This document shows, piece by piece, positions 1 to 9,609 of a stretch of DNA of 64,000 nt. How positions within the stretch are numbered: position 1 is the stretch's first letter; the number at the start of each line of letters is the position of its first letter. The notes beneath the pieces are model-generated. The model had not been told where the DNA came from. It saw nothing but the letters and a program-made list of their open reading frames with translations, and searched no databases. A program made the translations under genes and the position numbers. Source of the DNA: a virus; the IMG/VR virus record IMGVR_UViG_3300023499_000220, positions 113,645-177,644 of that record; one strand, written 5' to 3'.

Positions 1-92
1 ACCTCCGGATACGGTAGACATTATCTGCGCTGATTCCGCTCAGGTCAATAGTATCGTTCATATTCATAAATCTTACCTCACTTCACTTTTTG

Positions 93-437
93 TCAAGTTG
101 TAGATACAACCGTTTGAATTTTCTCGGCAATCATAGTCGCCATACGCTTTGCTTCTTTTTCCGCACATGCGTCCCAGACCTCAAAATACTGGTAACCATA
201 ATAGCGACCATGAATTTCGGAATCACTCCCGCTTTGGTGGAACCAGATAGCTGAACCTTTTTTATCTTGCATTGCCTGCCGCACAGCGACCACAAAGTTC
301 GTTGCATCAGCATCCCAGAAGGGCCGCTCATAATTGAAGTCAATGCCCCAACCGTGGCAAGAATCTGGCTTGTGAATTCTAATAGGAGAAATAGCTGTCA
401 TTTTCAATTCATTCCTTTCGCAAAAAATAGCGGCCAT
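93..437 (-). CDS. hypothetical protein (114 aa)
   Basis: Intact minus-strand ORF lying directly downstream of family-A promoter copy 1. No recognisable motif. Confidence 0.4.
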   Translation of the reverse strand: MAAIFCERNELKMTAISPIRIHKPDSCHGWGIDFNYERPFWDADATNFVVAVRQAMQDKKGSAIWFHQSGSDSEIHGRYYGYQYFEVWDACAEKEAKRMATMIAEKIQTVVSTT

Positions 438-526
438 CTCTGACGAGATGGTCGCAATGTAACTTGATTTTAAATTAAGATAATAGAAGCTAACAAATAG
501 CGCTTTTTATTTATCTTAGTGCTTTT

Positions 527-554
527 ATTGTAGCTACTTTGCAGCAGTTTGCAA
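527..554 (-). promoter_or_regulatory. Family-A promoter copy 1: -35 TTGCAA, 16-nt spacer containing the TTGCTGCAA palindrome, -10 TACAAT (read on the minus strand)
   Basis: Plus-strand text attgta-gctactttgcagcagt-ttgcaa. One of 7 near-identical copies. Drives the ORF at 93..437. Confidence 0.6.
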
Positions 555-570
555 GAACGGTGTCGTCTTC

Positions 571-2034
571 TTAAGCATGTTCAGGCAACCACTGCTGCGG
601 GTAGGCTCGAAGTTTATTCCGTGGCACACAATCGTTCAGGGCAGAGTTTTCAGCGAGCGCCATGTCGATGATGTAATAATCATCACCATTGCGCATCACA
701 TCAATACTCCACTGTCCTACCAGTTCAACAGCGGAAAGAATCTTCTTGATTTCATCCAAAATCATCCTAGCACTGTCATCATATCGAGACTGCAGGATAT
801 CCTCGTGCATCTGATAGATGACATAATCGTGGCGTTCCTGCGGCGTACTTGCGTTTTTGAACTTACCCTTCATCACATCGGCACGCCAATAAGGACTGAT
901 ACCCAGCACCTCATCAGCGTCGAAATCGACGAATACGCGGTACTCAGTATGCAGCGGCAAACCGTTGTAGATGGTCGGGTTATTTTCCTTGTCTTTGATA
1001 TATTCCCTGAGCACCCACTCGTTTGTGGTATTTGCACCATAGAAGCAGGTATTGTTCAACGGCGAAGCCATAGAACAGGTCAGATGATTCAAAAACAGGA
1101 AATACTCGCCCATCTCATTGATTTCCTTTGGGTCATGGATATGAGCGTTGCGAAACTCATACTTGGAAGAATAAGTTCCGGTCTTGATGAAGTAATCCTC
1201 GTGCTCATCCAGCTTGAATATCCGCTTGCAATAACGGTTCACGATTTCCTTGGTTACGGGATTCAGGGTTTCAAAACCAAGGCGAGTGAGCTGCAGCATC
1301 GGCAGCGGAACACGCAAAATCTTGGTATCAGGAATCCTGAAGAATTTGTTCCCGTACAACGCTTTTGCCAGCGGCGGAAGCCAGAATCCCATCGTGTTGG
1401 GATTCATTTCGAGCATCTGGTAGGTGAAGTCGTCGAGGTCAAGAATATCAAGACCCTGACGGAACTGGTTGTAGTAGAACTTTTTCATGCGGTCATCGCG
1501 TGCATCCTTGTACTCGGCGTAATTCTGAAGCAGAATCTTATACGACGGCTCCGAAATATCGACCTTCACGAGATTTCCTGTCAGCTGAGGTCTGAGCTCT
1601 TCCGGGTATTTTTTCAGGTCATTGTTCGTTACCGGCACAGCGTATCGAGATGCTGCATAGTTTACATAATATCCGCCGCGTTTATCATTGTAGATGTACA
1701 GGCGAGTACCATCTGTTAACTCACCTACGATACGGTCAATGAGTGTTTCAAGGTCCCGCGTAAACGGCACCCTCTTGTCAAGCATAGCTTTGACAGTAGC
1801 AGTATCCCACTGTAAAAAGTTCTCGGATAATGCCCCGCTGTCCAGCACCTGTTTCTTGTAGGTGTCCTCGAATGTTTTGAGGGCATCAGGGCTTGTTTTC
1901 AGCATTGCGGCAAGTTCTTCGTAGGAAAACGATTTATCTTCCCTTTTGGTCATCATTTTACCAATTTTGGCAATCATATTTTCGATTTCCTCCTTTTTGG
2001 GAATCAGGTGTTTGCAAAATTCGGATTCTTCCAA
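571..2034 (-). CDS. ATP-grasp-like domain protein (487 aa)
   Basis: Motifs FIKTGTYSSKYEF, EYRVFVDFD and WSIDVMRNGDDYYIIDM resemble the central and C-terminal signatures of ATP-grasp enzymes. Substrate unknown. Confidence 0.4.
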   Translation of the reverse strand: MEESEFCKHLIPKKEEIENMIAKIGKMMTKREDKSFSYEELAAMLKTSPDALKTFEDTYKKQVLDSGALSENFLQWDTATVKAMLDKRVPFTRDLETLIDRIVGELTDGTRLYIYNDKRGGYYVNYAASRYAVPVTNNDLKKYPEELRPQLTGNLVKVDISEPSYKILLQNYAEYKDARDDRMKKFYYNQFRQGLDILDLDDFTYQMLEMNPNTMGFWLPPLAKALYGNKFFRIPDTKILRVPLPMLQLTRLGFETLNPVTKEIVNRYCKRIFKLDEHEDYFIKTGTYSSKYEFRNAHIHDPKEINEMGEYFLFLNHLTCSMASPLNNTCFYGANTTNEWVLREYIKDKENNPTIYNGLPLHTEYRVFVDFDADEVLGISPYWRADVMKGKFKNASTPQERHDYVIYQMHEDILQSRYDDSARMILDEIKKILSAVELVGQWSIDVMRNGDDYYIIDMALAENSALNDCVPRNKLRAYPQQWLPEHA

Positions 2035-3077
2035 ATCAACTTATTCCCGTAATAGACTTCGGGAATGTACTTGATGGAAATTCTGCGATTGTCTTCGAGT
2101 TGCGAATCGTTGTTCACGATAAACTCCTCGATGCGATTTTCTTCACTGCGCGGGGTGATGTTGCAAGTCGAGAAACCTCCACCGTACAGGATATCACTGT
2201 TCATCATACCTTTGACCGGATACTTTACTTCGGTCGTTTTACCGTTGATGTTCAGGACAAGGCGAACGGTTTCGTATTGCTTAGCAAGTTCCACAAGAAG
2301 CCTGAACATGATTTCCTGAGTGTTCGGACTATTGTACTTTCTCATATACTCTTCCGTCAACTCTTCCACCACAGCCAATGTAATCCCGTATAGGCGTCCA
2401 GACCGCCCGGAATTTGCCTTTTTGATTTTCTCCATCGTCCGTTCAGCCCAGCCGGTTGGATTAGCAAGATAATCCACTACCAGTTCATCGGCATTTGTGG
2501 ATGTCAGGCCAAAGCAAGACCCGTTTCCAATCTCATCGACAATGCTGTCAATAGGGCTGCGATAATTCTTATACCCCTTTATTATGCGACAGAAAGCGTT
2601 CTGTCGTGCTATCTTGTCGTAATGACTGCCCTTGAGAATTTTCTTGTCTTCTTCCGTCACATTCTCTCGGAACATATCGAACAGCTTATGTGCCATTTCC
2701 TCTATGACAGAATCCGAGGTAAAAGAAGAACGGCAGAAAATCGTTTTGAAGTCCTGTGTTTCATTGACGGTTTTGGCATTGTCGACAACGAGGCAAAGGA
2801 AGCGTATCTCTTGGTTGAATGTTACGGGTTTCTTTTCCAAGATTCCATAAAACCGCTGCCCGTACAAGGCATCTACCTTGTGCTCGCCATTGGCGAGCGG
2901 CACACGAATGAAACGGTAGTAGCGCCCGGACGGTTTTCCGGTATCGGGAATTGTGTTGCCTTCGAACACGGATGCGCCGGATTTGATAGCCTGCTCAAAA
3001 TCCTCACGAGTTAAATTGATAGTCATAATTTCTTCCTTTCTGTTTTTATTATTTTTTAGCTGTTTTCTTCGATGCAC
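2004..3077 (-). CDS. hypothetical protein (357 aa; alternative start MTINL near 3026)
   Basis: Long intact ORF flanked by the ATP-grasp-like gene and the radical-SAM gene. No motif recognised. Confidence 0.4.
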   Translation of the reverse strand: MHRRKQLKNNKNRKEEIMTINLTREDFEQAIKSGASVFEGNTIPDTGKPSGRYYRFIRVPLANGEHKVDALYGQRFYGILEKKPVTFNQEIRFLCLVVDNAKTVNETQDFKTIFCRSSFTSDSVIEEMAHKLFDMFRENVTEEDKKILKGSHYDKIARQNAFCRIIKGYKNYRSPIDSIVDEIGNGSCFGLTSTNADELVVDYLANPTGWAERTMEKIKKANSGRSGRLYGITLAVVEELTEEYMRKYNSPNTQEIMFRLLVELAKQYETVRLVLNINGKTTEVKYPVKGMMNSDILYGGGFSTCNITPRSEENRIEEFIVNNDSQLEDNRRISIKYIPEVYYGNKLIWKNPNFANT

Positions 3078-3841
3078 AATTTGCTGCTACGAATGTTTTC
3101 CAACCATTTTTCATCCATAACATTGCCAATACGATACTTCCTCTGGGATTCATAGGACCAGTCACAACCGACGACAACATCACCGATGGCATTCAGATAC
3201 AGTTCTCCATCAGTGATATTGATTCCGGCTTCATTTCTCGGTTTACAATCTCTCTCATATTCAATCACAAGTTCCGAAACTATAGGTTCTCTCTTTAGAA
3301 TCTGATTTGCGTTGATAGTTTTGGCACGACCCTCGTTAATGAGATATTGCTTGCGAAAATCCGTTACTTTATCATTACGATTATATCTCAAACCGCTAAG
3401 AATACTCGCACTTTCGCGGGGAATTTCTTCATGAAAATCATCGCTGCTGATACAAAGACCACACGAATAGTCATCCTTGTCATCGCAATAATTCCACCAT
3501 TCGAGGCTCGCCAAAGCGAGTTCTACCATCTTATCGACGGCTTTCCCGTTGGTTACCATATAAAAACTCCCAACGGAAATGTTTCGCTCTCTTACGGCGT
3601 TCAAAGTATAGCGGATAGCAGGAATATTCAAAGAAATTTCTCCACCCGTAAAGGTCAAGGAACTGATGTATCCTGCATTAGCAAAACTGTCAAGAAACGC
3701 ATCGATATATCTTTCCTGAATATCGACCGCCTCCGCATCACCACGCAAACAATGCGCACAGCACATATTACAGCGACGGGTAACCTCAATTACCACATCA
3801 CACGCGCTCGAAATATACATTCTATTTACTCCTTTCATCAA
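3056..3841 (-). CDS. radical SAM domain protein (261 aa)
   Basis: CNMCCAHC gives the Cx3Cx2C 4Fe-4S/SAM cluster motif near the N-terminus. TFTGGE provides the glycine-rich SAM-binding motif. Activase, QueE-like or maturase cannot be distinguished from sequence alone. Confidence 0.65.
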   Translation of the reverse strand: MMKGVNRMYISSACDVVIEVTRRCNMCCAHCLRGDAEAVDIQERYIDAFLDSFANAGYISSLTFTGGEISLNIPAIRYTLNAVRERNISVGSFYMVTNGKAVDKMVELALASLEWWNYCDDKDDYSCGLCISSDDFHEEIPRESASILSGLRYNRNDKVTDFRKQYLINEGRAKTINANQILKREPIVSELVIEYERDCKPRNEAGINITDGELYLNAIGDVVVGCDWSYESQRKYRIGNVMDEKWLENIRSSKLCIEENS

Positions 3842-4218
3842 TTCTCGTCCGCAAAGCTCTCATTGCGGTCAACGATGATATCCACATCCAGTGGTGTAAT
3901 TTTACCCAGACCGTAATTCAAGAAGAACGAGCCGGGAATGTCATCGACATCGCCCCAGTTCCAGCAACCACAGTTAATTTCAAGCTGTCGTTTGCCTTCG
4001 TCCGTCTTGAGATAATCTTTGATTGCGCCGCGCAGGACACTTTCCGGGTCATGGATTTGCTCCGGATTATAGCTAAACTGAATCAGTGTGCATTCCACTG
4101 CACGGTCAACAACCTCATTAGCAACGATTGTAAAAACCTTTGTCATAGTAATCCTCCTCAATAAACAGTCAGGCACAACGAACGCGAATGACATTATCAT
4201 CATTCGACAAGCAAACAA
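3838..4218 (-). CDS. hypothetical protein (126 aa)
   Basis: Intact ORF, probably translationally coupled to its neighbours. Confidence 0.35.
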   Translation of the reverse strand: MFACRMMIMSFAFVVPDCLLRRITMTKVFTIVANEVVDRAVECTLIQFSYNPEQIHDPESVLRGAIKDYLKTDEGKRQLEINCGCWNWGDVDDIPGSFFLNYGLGKITPLDVDIIVDRNESFADEN

Positions 4219-4624
4219 TCACGTCCACATCCGGTCCCTCTTTCTCAAGAGCACCTTCAAGGATTGGCTTGATTTTGTGCCATTGATTTTCTGTGATTTT
4301 ACAGCCGGGGCTCATAAGCAGAATATTTGCTTCGGCCAGCTTTGCTTTCATGACCACTTGTAGGAAACAACCGTATAGGTATCCGTAATTCACCTTGTTA
4401 CTTTCAAGACAAATCATATCTGCTATTACGGTCCTTTTATTACCATAGCAGTTCACAACATGTCCCAAGCGATGCTCAGATTTGTCATACCGTACCTTGG
4501 CATCCGGAAACATGCTTTCAATAGATTCGTTTTTGAAAACACCACTGCTATCACAAAAAACACAAACGATATTTTTGCCGGGAAACTCCTGACTTGATAA
4601 ACAGCTTTTTGTCTTTTTTATCAA
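4169..4624 (-). CDS. hypothetical protein (151 aa)
   Basis: Intact ORF lying immediately downstream of family-A promoter copy 2. Confidence 0.4.
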   Translation of the reverse strand: MIKKTKSCLSSQEFPGKNIVCVFCDSSGVFKNESIESMFPDAKVRYDKSEHRLGHVVNCYGNKRTVIADMICLESNKVNYGYLYGCFLQVVMKAKLAEANILLMSPGCKITENQWHKIKPILEGALEKEGPDVDVIVCLSNDDNVIRVRCA

Positions 4625-4732
4625 TTCTTCTTCATCATCCTTTCGGCGATAACAAAAAATACCGCCACCTCTTACGAGATAGCGGTATGTTGATTTTGAA
4701 TTTTTATTGTTTTTTATCTATCGGATATACTT

Positions 4733-4760
4733 AGTATATCGATTTTGCAGCAATTTGCAA
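4733..4760 (-). promoter_or_regulatory. Family-A promoter copy 2 (TTGCAA-16-TATACT)
   Basis: Plus-strand text agtata-tcgattttgcagcaat-ttgcaa. Conserved downstream element ccgatagataaaaaa. Confidence 0.6.
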
Positions 4761-4812
4761 GCGCAGCTATGGCGCTTCAACTTTTTTCGGGGGTTTTATT
4801 TTTTCGCTTTAC

Positions 4813-5610
4813 TTACAGCAAACTCATCTCTGCACGATATGCATCGGCATCGTAGCCCCAGATATTACAAGCAAAATCGATTGCTGCGTTACCTTCGCTG
4901 GGATAACCGTCGTCAACAAAATCTCCTTTGCAAAGCGCATACCAGCCACAATTACTTCCGATATCCTCATCCGCATATTTTACACGAATATTGGCGTGTG
5001 GGAATTTACGGCTCAGTTCGACAATGGCGCATGCAGGTGTATTCCAAGGGGTTTTAAAATTGATGGCAATTTCCGTATCATTTATTCTACGGATATTCAC
5101 ATCAAAAACATCCCACTTTACGCCCCAGTTTGCGACACGCCAATAATACCATGAAGCATATCCATATTTTACGGCATTTTCCAAAGCACGCTCCGCTACA
5201 GTATCGAACTCTTCGACATTATAGGGGATACGTTTCAGGTTGATGAGTTTGCTATCTTTCACGTGTTCCAGTTTGGAGCGAGCTTCCGCAGCTTCCTTGC
5301 AAACACCAACCATATCTGATGCAGTAAGTTTTTCCTTCCTGTGCAGGAGAAAAGTTTCTCTGCAAATAGCCTTTCTTACGTTTTCCGGATACTTCTCCGG
5401 GTCAATTCCGTATTTATTTACGGCCGCCCATGCGAGCATCCTGTCACATGGCGATACGATTTGCAGTGATTCCGGCATAGGAACAACAGACTGAAGCGAA
5501 AAATCTTTTTCGCCATCATCGTCTTTTCCCTTGACACGATTCAGAAAATCCTCCAACTCTGCCTGAGAATTGAAAGAAACAGACATGATATTCATGATAT
5601 TGTTTGCCAT
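4813..5610 (-). CDS. hypothetical protein (265 aa)
   Basis: Intact ORF with conserved-looking motifs VPMPESL and NWGVKWD. Family not confidently recognised. Confidence 0.45.
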   Translation of the reverse strand: MANNIMNIMSVSFNSQAELEDFLNRVKGKDDDGEKDFSLQSVVPMPESLQIVSPCDRMLAWAAVNKYGIDPEKYPENVRKAICRETFLLHRKEKLTASDMVGVCKEAAEARSKLEHVKDSKLINLKRIPYNVEEFDTVAERALENAVKYGYASWYYWRVANWGVKWDVFDVNIRRINDTEIAINFKTPWNTPACAIVELSRKFPHANIRVKYADEDIGSNCGWYALCKGDFVDDGYPSEGNAAIDFACNIWGYDADAYRAEMSLL

Positions 5611-5627
5611 TTATTTTCTCCTTTGTC

Positions 5628-5816
5628 TTACGCGGGTACGCGTACGCAAGAATAGTGGCAAGCTCCACAATTCAGGAACTTTGCCCGCTTCATCGCCTCA
5701 TCCAAGCTGAACCGCGTCGCTTCGTTAATGTTGGCAGTATCACTCTTACACTCTACGTAAAAACGCACATCTCCAAAAAACGGGTCTTTACGGCTTAGCG
5801 CATACATATTTTCCAA
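5628..5816 (-). CDS. small Cys-containing hypothetical protein (62 aa)
   Basis: Intact ORF. A decayed paralogous copy of its N-terminus lies at about 6365..6400. Confidence 0.35.
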   Translation of the reverse strand: MENMYALSRKDPFFGDVRFYVECKSDTANINEATRFSLDEAMKRAKFLNCGACHYSCVRVPA

Positions 5817-5845
5817 AATAAGTCCTCCTCAAATATATTTCTCTC

Positions 5846-5925
5846 AGAACTTCTCGAATTCCTCGCTCGGCATCTGTGCTTTCGCTTCATCCAGCAGTCT
5901 TTTGTAGGAATCGCTGGAAACATTT
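5846..5925 (-). pseudogene. C-terminal remnant of a paralogue of the 253-aa gene at 6403..7164
   Basis: The minus-frame translation VSSDSYKRLLDEAKAQMPSEEFEKF* matches the C-terminus (SSDSYERLLDETEAQMPSEEFEKFWERYI) of the downstream gene, but no upstream part of that gene remains. Confidence 0.5.
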
Positions 5926-5943
5926 CCTTTCTATTTATTTTCG

Positions 5944-6285
5944 TCAAATGATAACGGCTTCCAATGCTACAGCACCAGACCCGATTTCATCAGCAACTTT
6001 TGATGCTGTTGCAAAATCGTTGTGAGCATACGGTCCTTGCGAATCCATATAAGTGACTCGGTAGGCATAATCTGGCTCAAATGATGGGCTTACAATAATG
6101 TAAATACCAGTGTTTAACTGATATGTGATGGCATCAGCTTTTTCGATTTGAGCGATGATTTCCTTTCGACGCTTAGCTTCCGACTGCAAGTATTCAGATG
6201 CTGCCTCTTTAATAGGGTCACAAAGGAAAATATCGTCTGGATTACCCGTAATCGGGGGTAGGTCACCCGGATAATAGGATATCAT
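5944..6285 (-). CDS. hypothetical protein (113 aa)
   Basis: Intact ORF. Confidence 0.35.
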   Translation of the reverse strand: MISYYPGDLPPITGNPDDIFLCDPIKEAASEYLQSEAKRRKEIIAQIEKADAITYQLNTGIYIIVSPSFEPDYAYRVTYMDSQGPYAHNDFATASKVADEIGSGAVALEAVII

Positions 6286-6402
6286 GCTTTCATCTCCTTC
6301 TTTTTGTCTTCAGCGATGACTTTTTGGAACACGTTAATGTTGGTGGTATCGCTCTTACGCTTTACGGCTCAACACATACATATTTTCCATAATAAGTCCT
6401 CC

Positions 6403-7164
6403 TCAAATGTACCTCTCCCAGAACTTTTCGAATTCCTCGCTCGGCATCTGTGCTTCTGTTTCATCCAACAGTCTTTCGTAAGAATCACTGGAAACATCGG
6501 TGCCAATAAAATCGGCAACGGCATCATGACCGCGCTGCATCAAAGCGTCTTTCAGAATCGCCCAACGGCATTCGTGAATGGCATCATCCAGCGTTTTGTT
6601 GCCATCAGGCTGCCAATACTCGCCTGTCTGCTGAATTCTATAAAACTCATCCAGCGCATCATCAACATTGTTTTCGAGAAGAATATCGTCAATAAAATTG
6701 ACAGGATAATCCTTGCCGTTGATTTTCACTTCTGCATAACTGAAACAGTCGTCGTCACACGGCATTGCTGCGCATGTGACATCGAAAATTTCGTGCGTTT
6801 CCTTGTTTACCTTGCAAGGCAACTGAAATGTTGCTCCGGACTCGAAACAAGAAAAGACAACCGCTTCCTCAACATCGTTGTCGGGGCACTTTGCAGACTG
6901 GATAAATTCCGGCATGGACAGCACATCAATACTCTCCCTTCGGTCACCCATGGCAGGATAAACCTTCATGATTGTATAACCATCATGCTGCAGCTTTCGG
7001 ATAGCACGGCACAGGTCGAGATGCATTTCATGAAGACTGATGCCACTGCCTCGTCCGTCTTTTTTGGTATAGATTTCGACAACTACATCTTCAGAGGTGG
7101 TCTGAACAACATAATAAGTCTTATCATTACAAATCTTAAACATAGCACTTATCTCCCTTCTCAA
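6403..7164 (-). CDS. hypothetical protein (253 aa)
   Basis: Intact ORF. Its 3' end is duplicated at 5846..5925. Confidence 0.4.
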   Translation of the reverse strand: MRREISAMFKICNDKTYYVVQTTSEDVVVEIYTKKDGRGSGISLHEMHLDLCRAIRKLQHDGYTIMKVYPAMGDRRESIDVLSMPEFIQSAKCPDNDVEEAVVFSCFESGATFQLPCKVNKETHEIFDVTCAAMPCDDDCFSYAEVKINGKDYPVNFIDDILLENNVDDALDEFYRIQQTGEYWQPDGNKTLDDAIHECRWAILKDALMQRGHDAVADFIGTDVSSDSYERLLDETEAQMPSEEFEKFWERYI

Positions 7165-7446
7165 TCAAACAAAAGCCAGAAAATCGTTGGCCGGAATCTG
7201 TCGCTGGGCATCGTAAGCGGTGCCGTAGACATCATCACCCCAACTGATTTGCACATCCTTCGTCCACAGAGCAAGCTCAGACATTTTTGCTGCCACGGCT
7301 TTTGCGGAGCTGCAGATATACTTCTTGACGGCGTTGTTTTCTTTTACGTTAATTGTAAACATTTCAATTTCCTCCTTAACACAACAAAAAACAGCCATCT
7401 CGATTGAGATGGCTGCACGAACAGATTTTGAACTAAAACAAGTCAA
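7165..7446 (-). CDS. hypothetical protein (93 aa)
   Basis: Intact ORF directly downstream of family-A promoter copy 3. Confidence 0.35.
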   Translation of the reverse strand: MTCFSSKSVRAAISIEMAVFCCVKEEIEMFTINVKENNAVKKYICSSAKAVAAKMSELALWTKDVQISWGDDVYGTAYDAQRQIPANDFLAFV

Positions 7447-7479
7447 GGAATTGATACTTTGATTTATCTTAGTTCCTTA

Positions 7480-7507
7480 ATTATATCTACTTTGCAGCAA
7501 TTGACAA
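7480..7507 (-). promoter_or_regulatory. Family-A promoter copy 3 (TTGTCA-16-TATAAT)
   Basis: Plus-strand text attata-tctactttgcagcaat-tgacaa. Confidence 0.6.
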
Positions 7508-7537
7508 GATAGCCACAACAGGAATGCAACATCGTAT

Positions 7538-7759
7538 TCACGGTACTTTTTCAACGACATCTTCACCGTAAACCACGAACAGACCAGAGCCGTTATCCCA
7601 GCGAACCATGATACTGCCGGTATCGTCTATACCTGAAACTGTGCCGAGTGTTCCAATAGGTGGAGCCTGAATATCATCCATTTTCAGCAGTTTCACGCGT
7701 GTTCCGGCTGGATATTCGGCACGGAGCGCAGCGACGATTTCTCGATTTGGGAAAGTCAT
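7538..7759 (-). CDS. DUF4314-like small protein (73 aa)
   Basis: The VSGIDDTGSIMVRWDNGSGL motif is typical of DUF4314, which is common on phages and conjugative elements. Confidence 0.45.
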   Translation of the reverse strand: MTFPNREIVAALRAEYPAGTRVKLLKMDDIQAPPIGTLGTVSGIDDTGSIMVRWDNGSGLFVVYGEDVVEKVP

Positions 7760-7775
7760 AAATGTACCTCGCTTC

Positions 7776-8345
7776 TTAATATGTCACGGTGTCAAAGAAC
7801 TCCTGACATTCCTCATCGTTCAACACAACGCCAAAGTACGCAACACGCTCGACGGTGGTTTCCCACACCTTAACGGTACGCGTCATAGGCTGAACGACCC
7901 ACGAATGCTGTCGCCAAAGGCCATCTTCACTTAAAGCGTACCCGGTTGCAATCTGACATCTGCCACGATTTGCATCCCACAGATAAGCAGCGTTCTGATG
8001 GCAACGACAATCCTCGCCCTTCTTCATGTACTTGGAACCATAGAAGAACTGTCCTCGTTCCAGAACTTTTTCCGCATCCTCATCACGGGTATTGAGCAAA
8101 ACCTCATCACCGCCGAAAGTTAAAATTCTATCACGCAGAGCGCGCAAAGTCTTTTTCATTTCGTTTGTGAGCCAAGGCGCGGTGGCGTCCTCGTTGTACA
8201 GCTGCATTGCCTCTACTCGTTTTTTCCATTCCTTATCCATCGGATTCCAGCGGACATGGTTCGCAACCATATCAGGAGAGGTCATGGGCGTTTTGGCATT
8301 CCAACTAAATTTCTTATTTGCCATTATAATACTCCTTTTCAACAA
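7776..8345 (-). CDS. hypothetical protein (189 aa)
   Basis: Intact ORF. Confidence 0.35.
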   Translation of the reverse strand: MLKRSIIMANKKFSWNAKTPMTSPDMVANHVRWNPMDKEWKKRVEAMQLYNEDATAPWLTNEMKKTLRALRDRILTFGGDEVLLNTRDEDAEKVLERGQFFYGSKYMKKGEDCRCHQNAAYLWDANRGRCQIATGYALSEDGLWRQHSWVVQPMTRTVKVWETTVERVAYFGVVLNDEECQEFFDTVTY

Positions 8346-8383
8346 ATCCGCTTACCTGAAAAAGGTAAGCGGTTATATTTTGA

Positions 8384-9094
8384 TTATGCGAGCATGGGAT
8401 ATATTTCTTTCTTTACCGCCCTCATAAGAGCGGCAGCATGTGCGGCGTTTTGTGCATTGCCAACACCTGCGCGAGATATTTTTGGATTCACACGCTCAAT
8501 GAAATTTTTCTTATACGGAGCAGAAATGCTCCTTGCAGCATCGATAATCTGTTTCATGTTTTCAGCGTCGATTTTTTGCTGAACGCATAATTTTTGTAAC
8601 CGTGTGCAAAAAGCGTCTTTGTTGTCCCGTACAGAAGTAGAATGATTTTTTGTTTCTTTATGTGGGATGACTGCCTCACAGGCTATCCGTTTAACGCTTA
8701 ACCCTTTACTGCACATGGTCTGAATAAGCCCGTCATATCCCTTGTCTGCCGACACGATGATATAATTGCTTTTCTTTCCTGTTGTGCAAAGACTACCAAG
8801 TTTAGCAACAACGTGGAAATCCATGCTGTTTTTCCCTGCATTGGAGACGCAGAACTCTACTTGGTTGACTGGGTACTTTGCCAGAAAAACCTGCAATTCT
8901 TTAAGTGACATGTATGTGGCTTCCGGACCGATGAAGATAATCAGCTTGTCCTTTTTGGTTTTAAAATGCACTACATTTAGCCATTTCTTTTGGACATTCT
9001 CGGTATCTATCAGCCAAACGGTTCGAGTGCAGCTCACACATTTCACCCCCACACTTCGGTGACTTTTCTGGGGATTCCGTGCTTGTCGATACAC
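8384..9094 (-). CDS. NYN/PIN-like nuclease domain protein (236 aa)
   Basis: WLIDTENV, LIIFIGP and IIVSADKGYDGLI resemble the acidic-residue motifs of the NYN/LabA fold. Confidence 0.4.
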   Translation of the reverse strand: MYRQARNPQKSHRSVGVKCVSCTRTVWLIDTENVQKKWLNVVHFKTKKDKLIIFIGPEATYMSLKELQVFLAKYPVNQVEFCVSNAGKNSMDFHVVAKLGSLCTTGKKSNYIIVSADKGYDGLIQTMCSKGLSVKRIACEAVIPHKETKNHSTSVRDNKDAFCTRLQKLCVQQKIDAENMKQIIDAARSISAPYKKNFIERVNPKISRAGVGNAQNAAHAAALMRAVKKEIYPMLA

Positions 9095-9339
9095 TGCCGG
9101 TAAATTGTAAACTTACTGTTCGGGTGCGCCTTCATATAGTCAGCGCGTGCCGCGTCCGTGTTCGCAATCAGTAGATTTTTATCGGCAATAAGAACGCTTT
9201 CCCATCCGGAATCGAGAAGCGTACTGGCAACATCTTTGAAAGATACGTCTGCAGGCGTATCGCACTTACAAACACCTCGTGCGATAGGATGCGCAGTGGC
9301 AATGATTTTTGCTGCCGTCATCACAGTCTCGTAACTCAT
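9043..9339 (-). CDS. hypothetical protein (98 aa)
   Basis: Intact ORF. Confidence 0.3.
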   Translation of the reverse strand: MSYETVMTAAKIIATAHPIARGVCKCDTPADVSFKDVASTLLDSGWESVLIADKNLLIANTDAARADYMKAHPNSKFTIYRQCIDKHGIPRKVTEVWG

Positions 9340-9351
9340 AGTGTCCTCCTA

Positions 9352-9609
9352 TCACGCCACCTCGAAATACTTTTCGACATCGCTGTTGATAGAACGCGCA
9401 GGAACACCCTTGGTCTTCTCACTGTAGTAGCCACGCTTTTTCAGCGTGTTCTTAACAATAGAAATGCTCTTGTCGCTGCGCATGGTACGCTTTCTCTTTT
9501 CGATGCGTGCAGAACGAATGCGCTTTTCGTACTTCTGCATACGCACAACATCCATGATGATAGGAGCAGTAGTCTCCGCGATATACTCATTAAAAGTTTT
9601 CATATTCAC
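9352..9609 (-). CDS. hypothetical basic small protein (85 aa)
   Basis: Intact ORF with a GGAGG ribosome-binding site 4-10 nt upstream. It lies downstream of family-A promoter copy 4 and an intrinsic-terminator-like hairpin. Confidence 0.4.
   Translation of the reverse strand: MNMKTFNEYIAETTAPIIMDVVRMQKYEKRIRSARIEKRKRTMRSDKSISIVKNTLKKRGYYSEKTKGVPARSINSDVEKYFEVA

Noticed and set aside
1-92. Possible 5' end of a further minus-strand gene (ATGAATATGAACGATACT… reading leftwards from about 69).
   Set aside because: Only about 22 codons are visible before the window edge. This is too little to call.
3056-3841. Considered calling the radical-SAM protein QueE (7-carboxy-7-deazaguanine synthase) as part of a deazaguanine DNA-modification system.
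   Set aside because: The characteristic QGEG and T-I-S-G-G-N-P motifs of QueE are not present (it has TFTGGE instead). No QueC, QueD, FolE or DpdA partners are in the window.
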